DNA of 64,000 nucleotides. Source: Lepidodermella squamata (lineage: Eukaryota; Animalia; Gastrotricha). Every line of letters begins with the position of its first letter. The stretch's first letter is position 1. The notes under the pieces are model-generated. The model did no database searches and was not told the DNA's origin. It worked only from the letters and a program-made list of their open reading frames with translations. The DNA is taken from contig JBLDXI010000028.1 of assembly GCA_047495785.1 (NCBI GenBank), positions 1,674,001-1,738,000 of the forward strand, given 5' to 3'. The position numbers and the translations under genes were made by a program. Below, piece by piece: positions 44,482 through 56,226 of the stretch.

Positions 44482-45892
44482 ATGAAGTCTTTTCAAAGCT
44501 TTGTAGCATTTTCACTTGTGGTTTCGTGTGCTGTTCTGCTCCTTGATAACGCGGCTGCTGCTTCGATACCTGATGATTGCATATCGGACATTTTGGAAGC
44601 TAATTGTTTGAGTGGCAACGTTTATCGATACAGCGATCGTACTGGAGCTTGTGAATTGACAGGAGTCAGTGCAGCAATTAATTAAATTTTAAATTTTGAA
44701 ATTAAAATTAATTTAAAGTTTTTTTTAATTTTTCTAAATTGTCTATCAAAATTTGATTTTATTCTAATTTTATAAGGTCTGCCGGTTGAAGGGGCGAAAT
44801 AAATTTCAAACATTAGCCGAGTGCAACGCGACTTGCTTAATTGGGGTTCCTCCAAAAGGCAACAATGACGATGGATTTCAACATTCTGATTTCGATGAGG
44901 CGGTTTGTAAACTACCCCGAGACAGTGGCAAATGCTGGTGCCAGAACCAGCAGCAGCCGTGCGATTGCAACCCGACAAGGCGGTACTATTTCGACCCTGC
45001 CGATATGCGATGCAAGGAATTTAATTTCACGGTAATTTCTAGAATTTTTTTGAATTTCTGAAAAATAATCAAACAGTTATTAAAAATTAGGGTGCAAACT
45101 TTCATACATATTTATGTATGACAAAATTAACTTTCATACATATGTTTTTCATTAAATTCAAGCTGAAAACATTAGGGAAATGCCAGATGACTAGTTTTCG
45201 GTTTATATAAAAGAAAAACGGGGTTCCGAAAGCGTAGTCAATTTTTTCCGCATGAAAATGGTTGTTGGGGAAGCGCAAGGGCCCAAAACTCGAGCTTCGT
45301 AGAAACCCGAAACTCGAACTACCCTAACCCTAACCTTAATCCTGAACCCTAACCAAACCCTAAACCTAACCCTAACCCGAACCCGAACCCTGGCACCTAA
45401 CCATAACCCCTAACCCCAATACCTAATCACAGTTTGGCTAAAAAAACAGGATTTTATGTAAAAAAATATGTATGAAAGTTAATTTTGTCATACATAAATA
45501 TGTATGAAAGTGCACTTCGTAAAAATTAATAAAAATTATTTTTATATTTATTTATTATTTATTGAATTATTTATCAAAAATTAGGCATTTCTCTTGAATT
45601 TTCTTTGCTTTCTTAGAAGGGTAGAGGCGGAAATGGCAATAATTTTCTTTCGCGAGAAGACTGCGAACGATACTGCATTGGCAATGAAGATGTTTGCCGA
45701 CTTCCCTTTGCCCGCAATTGTCCGCCCTGCCCTACTGGACAGAACTGCCAGTCGGAGCAAGAGGTGAGGTACTACTACGACGTTTACCGCAATGACTGCA
45801 TCGCTTTCTACTACAACGCCGCCTGCAAGAGCAACCAGAACAACTTCCGATCTGTTGCCGCGTGCCGACAGTTTTGCGGCGGGGAAAAATGA
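44482..45892 (+). CDS. Secreted three-domain Kunitz/BPTI-type protein (3 exons)
   Basis: Signal peptide; NKFQTLAECNATC, RYYFD...CKEFNFT|GRGGNGNNFLSREDCERYC, RYYYD...NNFRSVAACRQFC. Confidence 0.85.
45090..45519. mobile_element. Mutator-type MITE in a Kunitz gene intron, carrying CCCTAA-like repeats
   Basis: ~50-bp TIR (GTGCA..CTTTCATACATATTTATGTATGACAAAATTAACTTTCATACATAT), 9-bp TSD TAAAAATTA at 45081-45089 and 45520-45528. Confidence 0.8.
45321..45427. repeat. Degenerate telomere-like (CCCTAA)n tract
   Basis: ACCCTAACCCTAACCTTAATCCTGAACCCTAACC... Confidence 0.8.
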
Positions 45893-46709
45893 TGATTTTA
45901 CACCTGTTTGGTATAACAACTCACTTTTTGACTTTTTTATTGTTCAAACTGCCTTATCAATTTGTAATACTAATATAAACTGCGCGGAATGCCCGGTCCA
46001 GCCGTTTCCTGCTGCAAAATTATAAGCTCTCGCAATAAAATTGTCATCATTATTAGCTTTATCATCTCCAAGTATCTGCCAAGGGATTTGTTATTCTATC
46101 CATTAGGCAGCAAATTTTCACGAGGACAGGATCACGAAGTTGAGAAAGCCAAATGACTGGAACAATAGAAGATTCGCAAAGTGGTGGCGGAGGTTCCTTC
46201 TCAGACTCATTCAACCCACGTGGAGGAGTAGAGTGGAAAGCTAAAGGCGATTGGAAAACCTCGCAGTCATCTGAAACGGGAATTCAGAACAGGCTGGGCG
46301 TCAATTTACCGTGAAGCTTCAAAGTCAATAGCGAAAAGCCGTTTCAGCTTTCACCTCCATAGTCGAGAAACTCGCATTGTGAGTGCGAAGGGTGCAAGCC
46401 AATATCCATGTTTGTTATTCCAGCCATGTTTGACGTTAACTATCGAAGCAACATTTGCCATTACTAGGTGTACCGCCCCTTGTTGCAGGAAACTTTGAAA
46501 CGGCCCAAGCAATAGAGACGGGCTACCTCCTGTGCAGTGTGCGAAGTACCGAGGGGTAAGGGGGCACTGTACCCCCACCCCCCACCTCGAGAGGCCCTGG
46601 AAAGAAAATCCCAAAACCACAGCGCGTCGGACCCTTAGGTCAGATTCGGGGCTGAAAATACCCACACGCGACCCCCAGCTCGAGGATCCTACTTCGCCCA
46701 GTGCTCCTG

Positions 46710-46860
46710 GGGCTGCTCGGCTGCCCTTCGGTTACTTCGCATCGGCGTTGATGACTGAAGAAACCTGCAAACCTAATAACGATATGTAATGAAACTGTTC
46801 AACATTTACGAGCTGAGAAAAACCAACCAAAAGAGCGAAGACTAAGGTGAATTTCAGCAT
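46710..46860 (-). pseudogene. Inverted, frameshifted copy of the prepropeptide gene at 50922
   Basis: MLKFTLVFALL|VSSVINADAK*: 13-bp deletion relative to the intact copy; homology includes the intron and 5' flank. Confidence 0.75.
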
Positions 46861-47231
46861 TGTTGAGAAGAGACGAGAGTACAAAACTTGGAAAGATAAA
46901 ATTCGAGTGCAGCTAGAGGACGAATATTTGACGAATGAAAGAAGAGGCCTATTGTTATCTCGATGAGTAATCCGAACAGCTGGTCAAATATTTCACCGGG
47001 TTCGACTGGTTTGTCACACGGGTTCGTCCAGTGTAGACAAACAACGGGTAGCGGAGCTATGTGGTTTAAAGTTTTAGCGAAATTTCTCCGTCAATTTTGT
47101 TTTTATCATTCCATGGTCACAATTCACTGCTGTTCTTTTCCTACGCCGGTTCGAGCGGGCGTGTTGACAATCAAGTAATATTTGAGCAGCCGTTAGAAGG
47201 GTTCATCGAGATGGCTTTACAGCTCATTTTT

Positions 47232-50200
47232 CCCGGACTCAAAAATTCATCGCTGTAAATCGCTGTAAATTGCTGTCAATGTATTATGCTGTATTTCACT
47301 GGAAATCTTATGTTGACTTACACCCTTTTACAAACGCACTTTTATTGGTACCTTCCACTCAATTACACTGGGAATTCAATATCACCTTGGCACTGATTTA
47401 CAGACACTCGCCAGGGCGCTGTAAATTCCTGTAAAAGCCCAGAAAGTGAAAACTTCACAAGTTATGCAATTTTTGCCCTACAGCAGTTTACACAGCCTTT
47501 GAAATTCGAAAGCTTAGTAAACTACTAAAGAGCAAAAAATGCCGAAAATGTGAAGTCTTCACTATCAGGGCTGGTACAGGAATTTACAGTGCCTCGACCA
47601 GCGTCTGCAAATCGCTGTAAATTATAAAAGATCACAAATTGCTTCATTTTTACAAGCAAAATCGATTTTCACAACCATTTTAACAATAACAAGAGAGATT
47701 TTGAAAAAATCGGAGAAAAGATTATTGGCAATCAGCGACTTCAGCAAATTTTTCAGACGAATAATATAAATCTTTGATTATATCGGGTCATATTTCCGAC
47801 GCTAAAAAGCTCAGATCCGCAGGGCAACTAATGTCAAACCAATGCCGCGAAGTGATATTTTTCAAGCAAAATCGGCCATATATTTCTCGCCAAAAAACGT
47901 GCATCACAAACGTGCATCACAAATTAAGCCATTTCCAAAAAATACTTAGTTTTCCGTGAAACTAAGCAAAACTCATGAGGATCTCAACCGAAAAAAAGCC
48001 GTTTATGAAAGAAAATTCAAGTCGCCGCTGAACGAACAGCAAAACAAGGTCTCTCGTTATCACGAAGTTTCCGCCAAGCGGTGATTTGCGACACGCATCG
48101 AGTCACCGAGCCATTAGTGCGCTGTCTATCCAGCCTGAAATAATAGGGGAAAACTAAGCAGAACTTGGAATCAAAATGAAATGTATTGCTATACCTGTGA
48201 ACAAAACCAGCCACGATAAGATTGATCCGCTGTCGAACCCGAGATGCAAGCCAACTCCTAAAATGGATAAATCCACAAATAATAGAATTTCAGGAAATAA
48301 TTACAATGAAATTTTAAACAATTTTGAATCTCAATGTTTGTAAAACGTCTGGGCAGTCTGTGATTTTTCCAGCCTCGAACTGTCGCAAAATCAATAAAAA
48401 TTCATCAATTAAGATATTTCAGATTAATCTATGATTTTGAAATAGCAAATAAAAATTCGAATTTCTTTCAATTAATTGCTTAAAAAATTCGGCAAAAATT
48501 AAAAGAGGCTTTTCAGAAGAACGTGTCCTGATTACAAAAAAATCAGAAAATTTATTTCGAAATTGATACGGAACGGCAATGTTTTGAAAAATTGGGGGGA
48601 AATGAACAAAAACCAGAAATTTGGCTAAAAATTAAAATTAAAATTATTCACATTGAAGAATTAATTAAGGAGTGTTGAAAATGTCAACAATTCCGGGGAA
48701 AGTCAAGCCAATTCACGAGATCGAATTGCAGAATTAAAATAGGAGAATTAAAACTTATCTTGTAACGATGTGGTATGCGGGAAAGACGATGCGTATCACC
48801 TTGACGTCATCGTTTTCATCCCTCGACATCGCCGATTTCTATGAAATGCATGCAAATAATAAACAGTAATTTCGACAAATTTTAAACTCACGCCAGGTAT
48901 AGAGTAACAGAACAGTAACATCGTCCAGAATTTCGCTAAAAATAACTTAAATATTCGCTCTAGAAAATAGCCAAGAAATCTGCATGGGCAATTCAGCTGA
49001 TAAACTGACTTTTATAGGTCAAAATGCATATGTGGTTTAGCTTTTGTGTGTTATGCATTTTAATTCACGTGTGCAAAACGTGGCGTGCGAGCAGCTGTTG
49101 CGTAATTCGCGGCGTGGTGATTGAAAAAACTCGAATCGCTCCTATTTAACTGAGAAATTTGGCTATCGCTATTCGCAGCTAAAATTCTTGCCGCTGCCTA
49201 TGTCATTTATTATTCGGGTCAGCGGTTCGATTCAAAAATTGAAAAACGGTAAATAATATCTGAAAACAGGTCAATTGAAATTTATTTTCAATTCACCTGG
49301 AATTTCAGATTTCCTATTTGGAAAATGCTCATCTACAAAAATTGGCGAATCAAAATTATTGCCAAGTCCCTGAAAATTTAATTGTATCTCTTAAATGCAT
49401 TCCGATGAGCTTTAAATGATAATGGTATTAAAATGACCTTCTAAATTTTAACTGAATTAAAATCGTGAACACTTGATTACCTTTTTATTAGGAAAATTCA
49501 AAATTCATTTTAAATAAACTTTAAAATAAATAAATTTACAATTGATCCTTGAATATGACGATATAATTTACTGGCTAATATAGCAAGATCAACTGAAATT
49601 GAGAATTTCGATCAGCGAAGAATTAATCTTTTTTCTTCATGTAAAAATTCCTGTAAATTCCGAAAATGTCACAAATAGATAGAATCTCAACATAATGAAA
49701 AAAAATTCTAAAAAATCTCCTAGTTTTAAAGAAATTAACGCTTTTAAGATCGCCGTAATTTTGAAGACAAAAATACGTGTCTTAAGAGAAAGTACGCCAC
49801 AGATGTCACGTTTCTTCGATGAAATTTATGTTTTTCAAAAATTTATGTGATTTAATGTTCCACCTCGATTTGTCTCACTTTTATCGAAAATTGGTCACAC
49901 GAATTTTCAAGAATTTACACCAATTTATTGCTCCCTGAATAAATTAAATAAATTACACGGAGGTTGCTTTGTTCACTTCGCCAGCTAATTTCAATGCCTC
50001 ACATCAAAATATTGTGTGATTATTCGCGAATAATCGCCGGTTACCGGGTTAAATTTGTTTAAAAATACGATAAATTCTGTTTACAGCATTTTACAGTATG
50101 TAATTTCACGTCGCCGTGGTTCACATATTAGGTCATTTTCGAAGTTTCCTTCGCTTACAGAGTCAGGAAATTCAGCTTCGTCTAGATCTGTAATGCCGTG

Positions 50201-50844
50201 TAAAGCCCTATAACATTTTATAGTCCGGGAACTCAGATTGCCCAGGTCTGTAAAGCCGTGTACCTTGCCCTATAGCATCTTACAGTCCGCAAACTTCGCC
50301 TACCGACATCTGTAAAACCGGGTAACTTGACTTACATAAGTTTACAGACCCTGATTACAGTTTGCCTCGGTCTGTAAAGCCAAGTATCGTGCCTTATAGC
50401 ATTTTATTGTCCAAACTATCCGCCTGCCGAGGTCTGTAAAGCCGTGTCATTCGTCTAACAGCATTTTACAGTCCCTTTGTATCAGCTTTTGGCAGTCTGT
50501 AAAGCAGAGTTAAGTGTTACAGTCCGAAAACTCAGCTTGTCTAGGTGTGTAAAGACGGATAAATTGCCTCATAGCATTTTACAGACCCCGATTTCAGCTT
50601 TTGGCAGTCTGTAAAGCAGGATAACACGCCTTATTGCCAATTACATCAGCAAAAAGCAGCATTTCCACGGTTGTAAACCGCTGTATCCAGCCTTATTTCG
50701 AATTACAGAGGCGAAAAATCAGCTTACAGCCGGATCCTGAGCTGGAATAAATCGACATCACAACAATTTACAGCGAAATTCAGGCAAATACACAATTTTA
50801 TTCAGATTTACAGAGCCTGCATGATCAAAATTTTTGAGTCCGGG
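47232..50844. mobile_element. 3.6-kb non-autonomous CMC/CACTA-like DNA transposon
   Basis: TIR CCCGGACTCAAAAATT / AATTTTTGAGTCCGGG, TT on both flanks, dense CTGTAAA/TTTACAG subterminal motifs at both ends. Confidence 0.8.
50180..50650. repeat. ~62-bp periodic subterminal repeat array
   Basis: CTGTAAA at ~50188, 50248, 50310, 50372, 50434, 50497, 50557 and 50619, most followed by an inverted TTACAG. Confidence 0.75.
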
Positions 50845-50921
50845 TTCATTCGCCAAATTTTCGTTCTCTAATTACACTCGAATTTCCACTTTCCACGTTG
50901 TACACTCGTCTCTCTTCAAAA

Positions 50922-51191
50922 ATGCTGAAATTCGCCGTAGTCTTCGCTCTTTTGGTTGGGTTTATTGCTCGAAAATGTTGGACAGCTTCATAAAAAATCT
51001 TACTGGTTTTGCAGGTTGCTTCAGTCATCATCGCCGATGCTAATGCCGAGATCGAAGTAGCCGAAGCGCAGCCGAGCAGCCGTGACGCTGAGCAGCCGCT
51101 GGAGGCCGCTCGTCTCGAATGCAAATCGACTCACAGAAAATCCTGCAACAATAAGGGAGTGTGCAGTTGTATCCGTATTAATCCGCATTAA
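50922..51191 (+). CDS. Small secreted prepropeptide with a C-terminal 4-Cys peptide (intron 50955-51014)
   Basis: MLKFAVVFALL|VASVIIADANAEIEVAEAQPSSRDAEQPLEAARLECKSTHRKSCNNKGVCSCIRINPH*. Confidence 0.75.
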
Positions 51192-51359
51192 TCCGGCAAA
51201 TGGTGATTCAACGCCGAGTAATCGTGTGCGAGCATGAGAAGTTAAATTCGAGCAGAGCTGGGATAAATGTGAAATATTATGGCATCAAAAATACTGAATA
51301 ATAATAAAATAAATCATGAATAAAAACCTTACGCCGCACAGCTGTCGTTTGGCCTCAAG

Positions 51360-52095
51360 GAGGTGCCATTTTCCATTAGGCAAACAAGGCAATTGCCTTA
51401 TAGGGTCCCGCGATTTTCGGGCCCTTCCAGAAAAATCTACAGGGCCCACATATTTTCTGACTCTCGTTGAAAAATTCCACAGGAGGGACCCTTTTGATTA
51501 GCGAATGCGGCTTTGATGATCAATTTTTTGTCGTATGGTCAGAGCTTATGGACCACAATTTTGAAAAAATGTGCTCGCTTCGCTCGCAATTCTCTACTTT
51601 TTTCTGTACTGTTCAAAACTCTCCGTTTACAAATTTCGGCAGTATTGTGTGCAGAAAGCATTCACATTATTCAATGATTCAATCAAATCCAATCAACTTA
51701 ACAATGTGTTGCAGTTGGCATACAATTTAATTCAGTGTATTTTACCAATGTGAAAACCAAACTTTGACGTTGACAGCCAAAATTCAAGGTAAAAGGTTAG
51801 GGAAATTAGTATTTTGGCCATTTTTAAGAGGATTTTGGGACTGTTTTTATTGAAAAATGTCGAAAATTGCTCGCTGCTCGCTTCGCTCAAGTTGGTTCAA
51901 CTTTCATGCTTTCTCAACCAAAGTGGCAGTGAAGTTCAGTTGAAAACCCCTGCGACCGTGGTCCAACTCGATCCATATCTCTCAGGTGGAATATTGAGAC
52001 ATTCAATTGTAGCAACCAAATGTATAGGGGCCCCCGAAGCTGGAAATTTCCTAGGGTAAAATCCGAGAAATTTTCATAGGGTAAAATCCGGCATT
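51360..52095. mobile_element. Degenerate non-autonomous DNA transposon (hAT-like)
   Basis: Right end TAGGGTAAAATCCGGCATTG, GGGCCC subterminal motifs, two GCTCGCTTCGCTC motifs; left end decayed. Confidence 0.4.
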
Positions 52096-52483
52096 GCCTC
52101 AAGCATGCATGTTTTCCGATTGGCCTGCCAAGTGCTCCTAGATGACTTTCAATATGAGTCATCGCTCATCGCGAACGACTTGTGATAAAATGACCTTTTG
52201 GTCTTTCAGACGCTGGGCGGGACCTTGATGCGGGCGAAAAAGTGGCCGAAGAACGACTTGTTTATTGAATGAAACACTAGGTGATTATAATAGCTTCGCT
52301 AAACGAAAAATCAAGGAAAGCTTTCTTGCCGAAGTAATAATTCAACAAAAATGAAGAAATGGTCGGTATATGACCTGTTTTATGAATGATTCCAGTAGGA
52401 GACAGCCACCCTTAGAAAGTATTTTCAGAAACGTAATGGAAAAATCAAGTTGTTCACGTAAGAAGCCTCACTTTCCTCTTTTG

Positions 52484-53998
52484 CTATACCCCGCACTTTT
52501 TGATGTTGCTGTGGAAGCTGAATTCTTTAATATCAAGCATTCCTAGACCGATGCCGATAGACAGCGGAATGATACAGATCACTGCATTGAAAAAGAAAAC
52601 ATATCCCATGATCACATAAGACCACGAATCCGTGCCATCGTTCAATGTCGCACGATAAATGGAGTTGAATGCCATATTCCCAACCAGCATAGCAGCAATA
52701 TCCATCAATCCAACCACTGAAAAAGCCTTGCCAAGGTCTGACTTTGCGGTAAGTTTTGATATTCCTGATCTAAAAGCAACACCGGCGAAGGGATTTAGTA
52801 CATTGACAGCCGAGAATATCCATGGCAAGTAGGTCGGGTAGAACGAGCCAAAGCCCAACGCTATCATTGAGAAAATTCGACTGGAGAATGCCATAACAAC
52901 CAGTCCAGCATCAGACATCGGAAAACACAGCCAGTTAGACTTGAAAATTGGGCCTAGGACCATTAGAGACAGGCCGAATATCGCTAGATAAACTGTCAAG
53001 TAGATGGAATATGTAAAACTATCTATGGATATTGGCTGATGCGTGAAATAGGCGTAGTTAACGTCATGCACCGGGTAATAACCTGTGCAGATGTGCGACA
53101 TCGTATAAGCGACAATCATTAAAAGGCGATACTTATCGGAATCAGTTTCCAGACTGAATATCAACTTGAAGGATTCGCTGATAACAGCATATGGTGAACA
53201 CAAGTATCGGGCCCATGAACCACCCGCCTTTAACTGAACCAACTCTCGTATCTCAGCGTGACTTTTGAGTTCAGGGATGAGGATTGTGAAAACGATTGAG
53301 ACAATGTGAACTCCTATTTGAACAGCAAAAGCTAGGTCGTAATGGTTTTCATCGAAGAAGAAAGCACTTGAAACGGCCCCAAGCATTTTGCCGAATATTA
53401 CGGCTGCCAAGACAAAGCCCAATCGCTTTGTTCGACTTTGCTCCGTGGTAATGCTGCTTATGTAGAAATTTGCCGAGGCCATAGCTGTCACCGTGCCTCC
53501 GAATAATCCAGGCAATATCCCGGTGAAACCCAGGTAAATTGGGTTAACGATGGTATAACCATTTGACATGCCGTACCATAGGAAAACTGCACAGCCGAGC
53601 ATACCGCCGAAGTGGCTTAAAACCATCGGCCACCTGTGAGAAAAACGATCGCACCACATTCCATAGATCACCGCGAAAAATAATGATATCGGCCACATTG
53701 AAAGGGTGTTGAACTGGTGGTAGATAGCAAAGTCGTCCTGAACTTCGTTTTCTTCCTTGGTGAATAGCGGCGAGGTGTCGATAACGCTGCAAACATTGCC
53801 TTGGTCATGAAACTTGTGGTAGCATATTTGCCGGTAGACGAATTGCTGACCGGCTGTTTCTTGAATTCCGATATTGACAAAATATAGAAACAGAGGTATT
53901 TCAACGCTGATGATGGGCAGCTTTTTCTTTAGGCGAGCATCAGTTTCTTCCGCCGCGTTTACCGAGTCGTCGCCTATTGTAATGTTAGCTTTAGCCAT
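52484..53998 (-). CDS. MFS transporter, SLC46 (PCFT-like) family
   Basis: VEIPLFLY, luminal C..C loop, GMWCDRFSHR motif A, RTKRLG, RSGISKL...GKAFS; multiple TM segments; single exon. Confidence 0.85.
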   Translation of the reverse strand: MAKANITIGDDSVNAAEETDARLKKKLPIISVEIPLFLYFVNIGIQETAGQQFVYRQICYHKFHDQGNVCSVIDTSPLFTKEENEVQDDFAIYHQFNTLSMWPISLFFAVIYGMWCDRFSHRWPMVLSHFGGMLGCAVFLWYGMSNGYTIVNPIYLGFTGILPGLFGGTVTAMASANFYISSITTEQSRTKRLGFVLAAVIFGKMLGAVSSAFFFDENHYDLAFAVQIGVHIVSIVFTILIPELKSHAEIRELVQLKAGGSWARYLCSPYAVISESFKLIFSLETDSDKYRLLMIVAYTMSHICTGYYPVHDVNYAYFTHQPISIDSFTYSIYLTVYLAIFGLSLMVLGPIFKSNWLCFPMSDAGLVVMAFSSRIFSMIALGFGSFYPTYLPWIFSAVNVLNPFAGVAFRSGISKLTAKSDLGKAFSVVGLMDIAAMLVGNMAFNSIYRATLNDGTDSWSYVIMGYVFFFNAVICIIPLSIGIGLGMLDIKEFSFHSNIKKCGV

Positions 53999-55054
53999 TC
54001 GAATACACTACTGTAGTAAATGACGTCACTTTTATGCGTATACGTTCGCCTTGCGTTTGAAAGCAGCCATTATTTTGAATTTTCATGAAAATTCAAAATT
54101 GGGCGGCGCCCATAGCGCCTCCCTTCAAGCGCCACGTGATGTTAGCGCGTAGATATTATCTTCTTCGTGAATTGTTATTCAGCTGCTATAATTGAGCTCA
54201 TACGTAGACCATGAAATATCGTAAGCAACGGGCGTAAGTTGAATTGGTATATATTATTTGTAGATATTAGGTGCATAAGAAAAGTCCGGTATGCGTAGCT
54301 CGAGATGGAGCAAGTTGTCGAAAACTAATTTTTTTACATTTTATATCTACAAGGCTGATTTTCTTAGTTGCAGGGTTTTTATGTTTTTCAGCGGGCGTCA
54401 TACGGCTCCAAAACCGCTTGATCGACAATAGCGTGATTGATTTCAAATAACAAATGGTCGATATCCGCTTTCATTACCGAAATTTCCCGATTATAGGTTA
54501 TAGCCTTGCGTTGTTAAATACCATACATGGACATAAGGCATAACATGAATTATTTTAGTGTTAATGAGGGAGAGACTGCAAAATAGCTCTTGAGGCGCAA
54601 TAGCGCGGATAATCTGCTTACGTTTGATATATAATTACGACAAAGCGATTTAGTGAGGAATTATCTTTAGCAGTCGCAGTATCTAAGCTCTAAGCCGACA
54701 TAACATTCTGGAGGCTGAGCTTCCTGAGGTCAAAACTACCTGCCCCAAATTCTGTCATCGCAGGGAATACTTTTCATGCGCGGCCACATATTTTTCTATT
54801 GTGGGCTTCTTCGGCATAATATTACGTGAGCTTAGATTGTTTTTGAGAGAACTTCAACTACGCTAACAACGTGTTCCCAGATCCTAATTTTCGTCAATTG
54901 CATTACAGTTTGCTGATTAGCCATACCCAAGATCGATTTTCTTCACGCTAACCTCCGCATTTTCCAATTAGCAATTCCAGACTTTCGAGGAACGCGTTAG
55001 AGAGGATTTGACTCTTTCTAACTCTCTCGAAGACATTTTGATCTCAATACTCGG

Positions 55055-56226
55055 ATGAACAACTCGTCTACAGCAGCCGGTTTTCTCTACGGATCTTGGG
55101 TGATGCATGCCAGTCCGAGACGAGGCTACCCTGAACCTCGTCCTTACTTCATCGGCTGGTTCCATAACTTGGACGCTACAACCCTTCAGCAGCGACTTAC
55201 ATTTCCGATAATATATCTTACGGTCACAGTTCTGGCAATCATCACTAATACCGGTATGGTGTTCATATTCTCGAAGCGACAACTGCGCCGCGATTTTTTT
55301 ATTCTCACTGTGATGAACGCAGTATCTACAGTCGTCCAAAGCATATTCCTTACGATTCTCATTTGGGTACCAGTGAGGACAGGTTTCTGGGAAGGTCCTG
55401 AGTTCCTATGCCAAGGGATATGCTGGATAGCTACAGCTCTTGGATGTCAGAATTCTTGGATTTTCATGTTGATAAGTTACGAAAGGCGGCTCTGCTTGAC
55501 CTGTAATAATCCTAACCCACCTGCGAACACGAAACGGGTAGTTTTTCTTGCCCTGAGTTTCCTCGCAATAGGTTTCGTTATTTTTGAGACAACTTCAATT
55601 TACCCTTTCGACGCTATGACGGCGGAATATGTTGTGTTACCTGGGGTTAACAACGGATCTGCTGTATTGTTTTGCGGCAATTTCGACCATAAATTATGGG
55701 GCAGTATTGATACTCAATTTCTATTACTGCTGTACTACGCTTTGGCTGCAATGATCATACCTTGCTCGTTGATAGCATACAATTACTGGTTTGCGAATTT
55801 TATTGAATTTGAAATTACGGAATTTTCTTCTATTCCAGGAAGATTTTCGAAAAGTTGCGAGATGTGAAGAGCAAGTTTATAAATCAGGATCTTATCTCAT
55901 CGGGTGGGCGTAAAAGGTCGAAGAAACAACCTACAACCCTGCTGACAAATTGGCAAAAGCGAGAAGTTTTCTACATGAAGCAATCCTTGGCATCCTTTTT
56001 TGCTTTTGCGCTATCTCACATTCCGCTGTTCATCTCTATAGCTCTCATTACGGCATGGGACGGCGCAGGGCCATACTACTTGTCAGCTACTGTTCATAAG
56101 GCGAGCTATCTAATATTTTCGGCTGAAACAGCCATCGCGCCGATAATTCAAAGTTTGAGGCCAGGATTCACTGTGGACATAATGCGCGTGATTGGCTATC
56201 TTAGAGAACGGAATATGGTACCTTGA
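55055..56226 (+). CDS. Divergent rhodopsin-like orphan GPCR, paralogue 1 (one intron after YNYW)
   Basis: 7 hydrophobic segments; TM3 C...LISYERR (DRY-like); ECL2 Cys; TM5 IIP..LI.YNY; TM6 LSHIP; TM7 APIIQ. Confidence 0.85.

Noticed and set aside
45321-45427. True telomere or chromosome fusion site
   Set aside because: Short, degenerate, single orientation, and inside a MITE within an intron
48760-48960. Possible spliced exons inside the 3.6-kb element
   Set aside because: Splice-like signals are present but there is no sustained ORF or transposase motif
50180-50650. CRISPR-like repeat/spacer periodicity
   Set aside because: Conserved parts are only ~7-10 bp, spacers are mutually similar, there are no cas genes, the context is eukaryotic, and the array lies inside a TIR-bounded element
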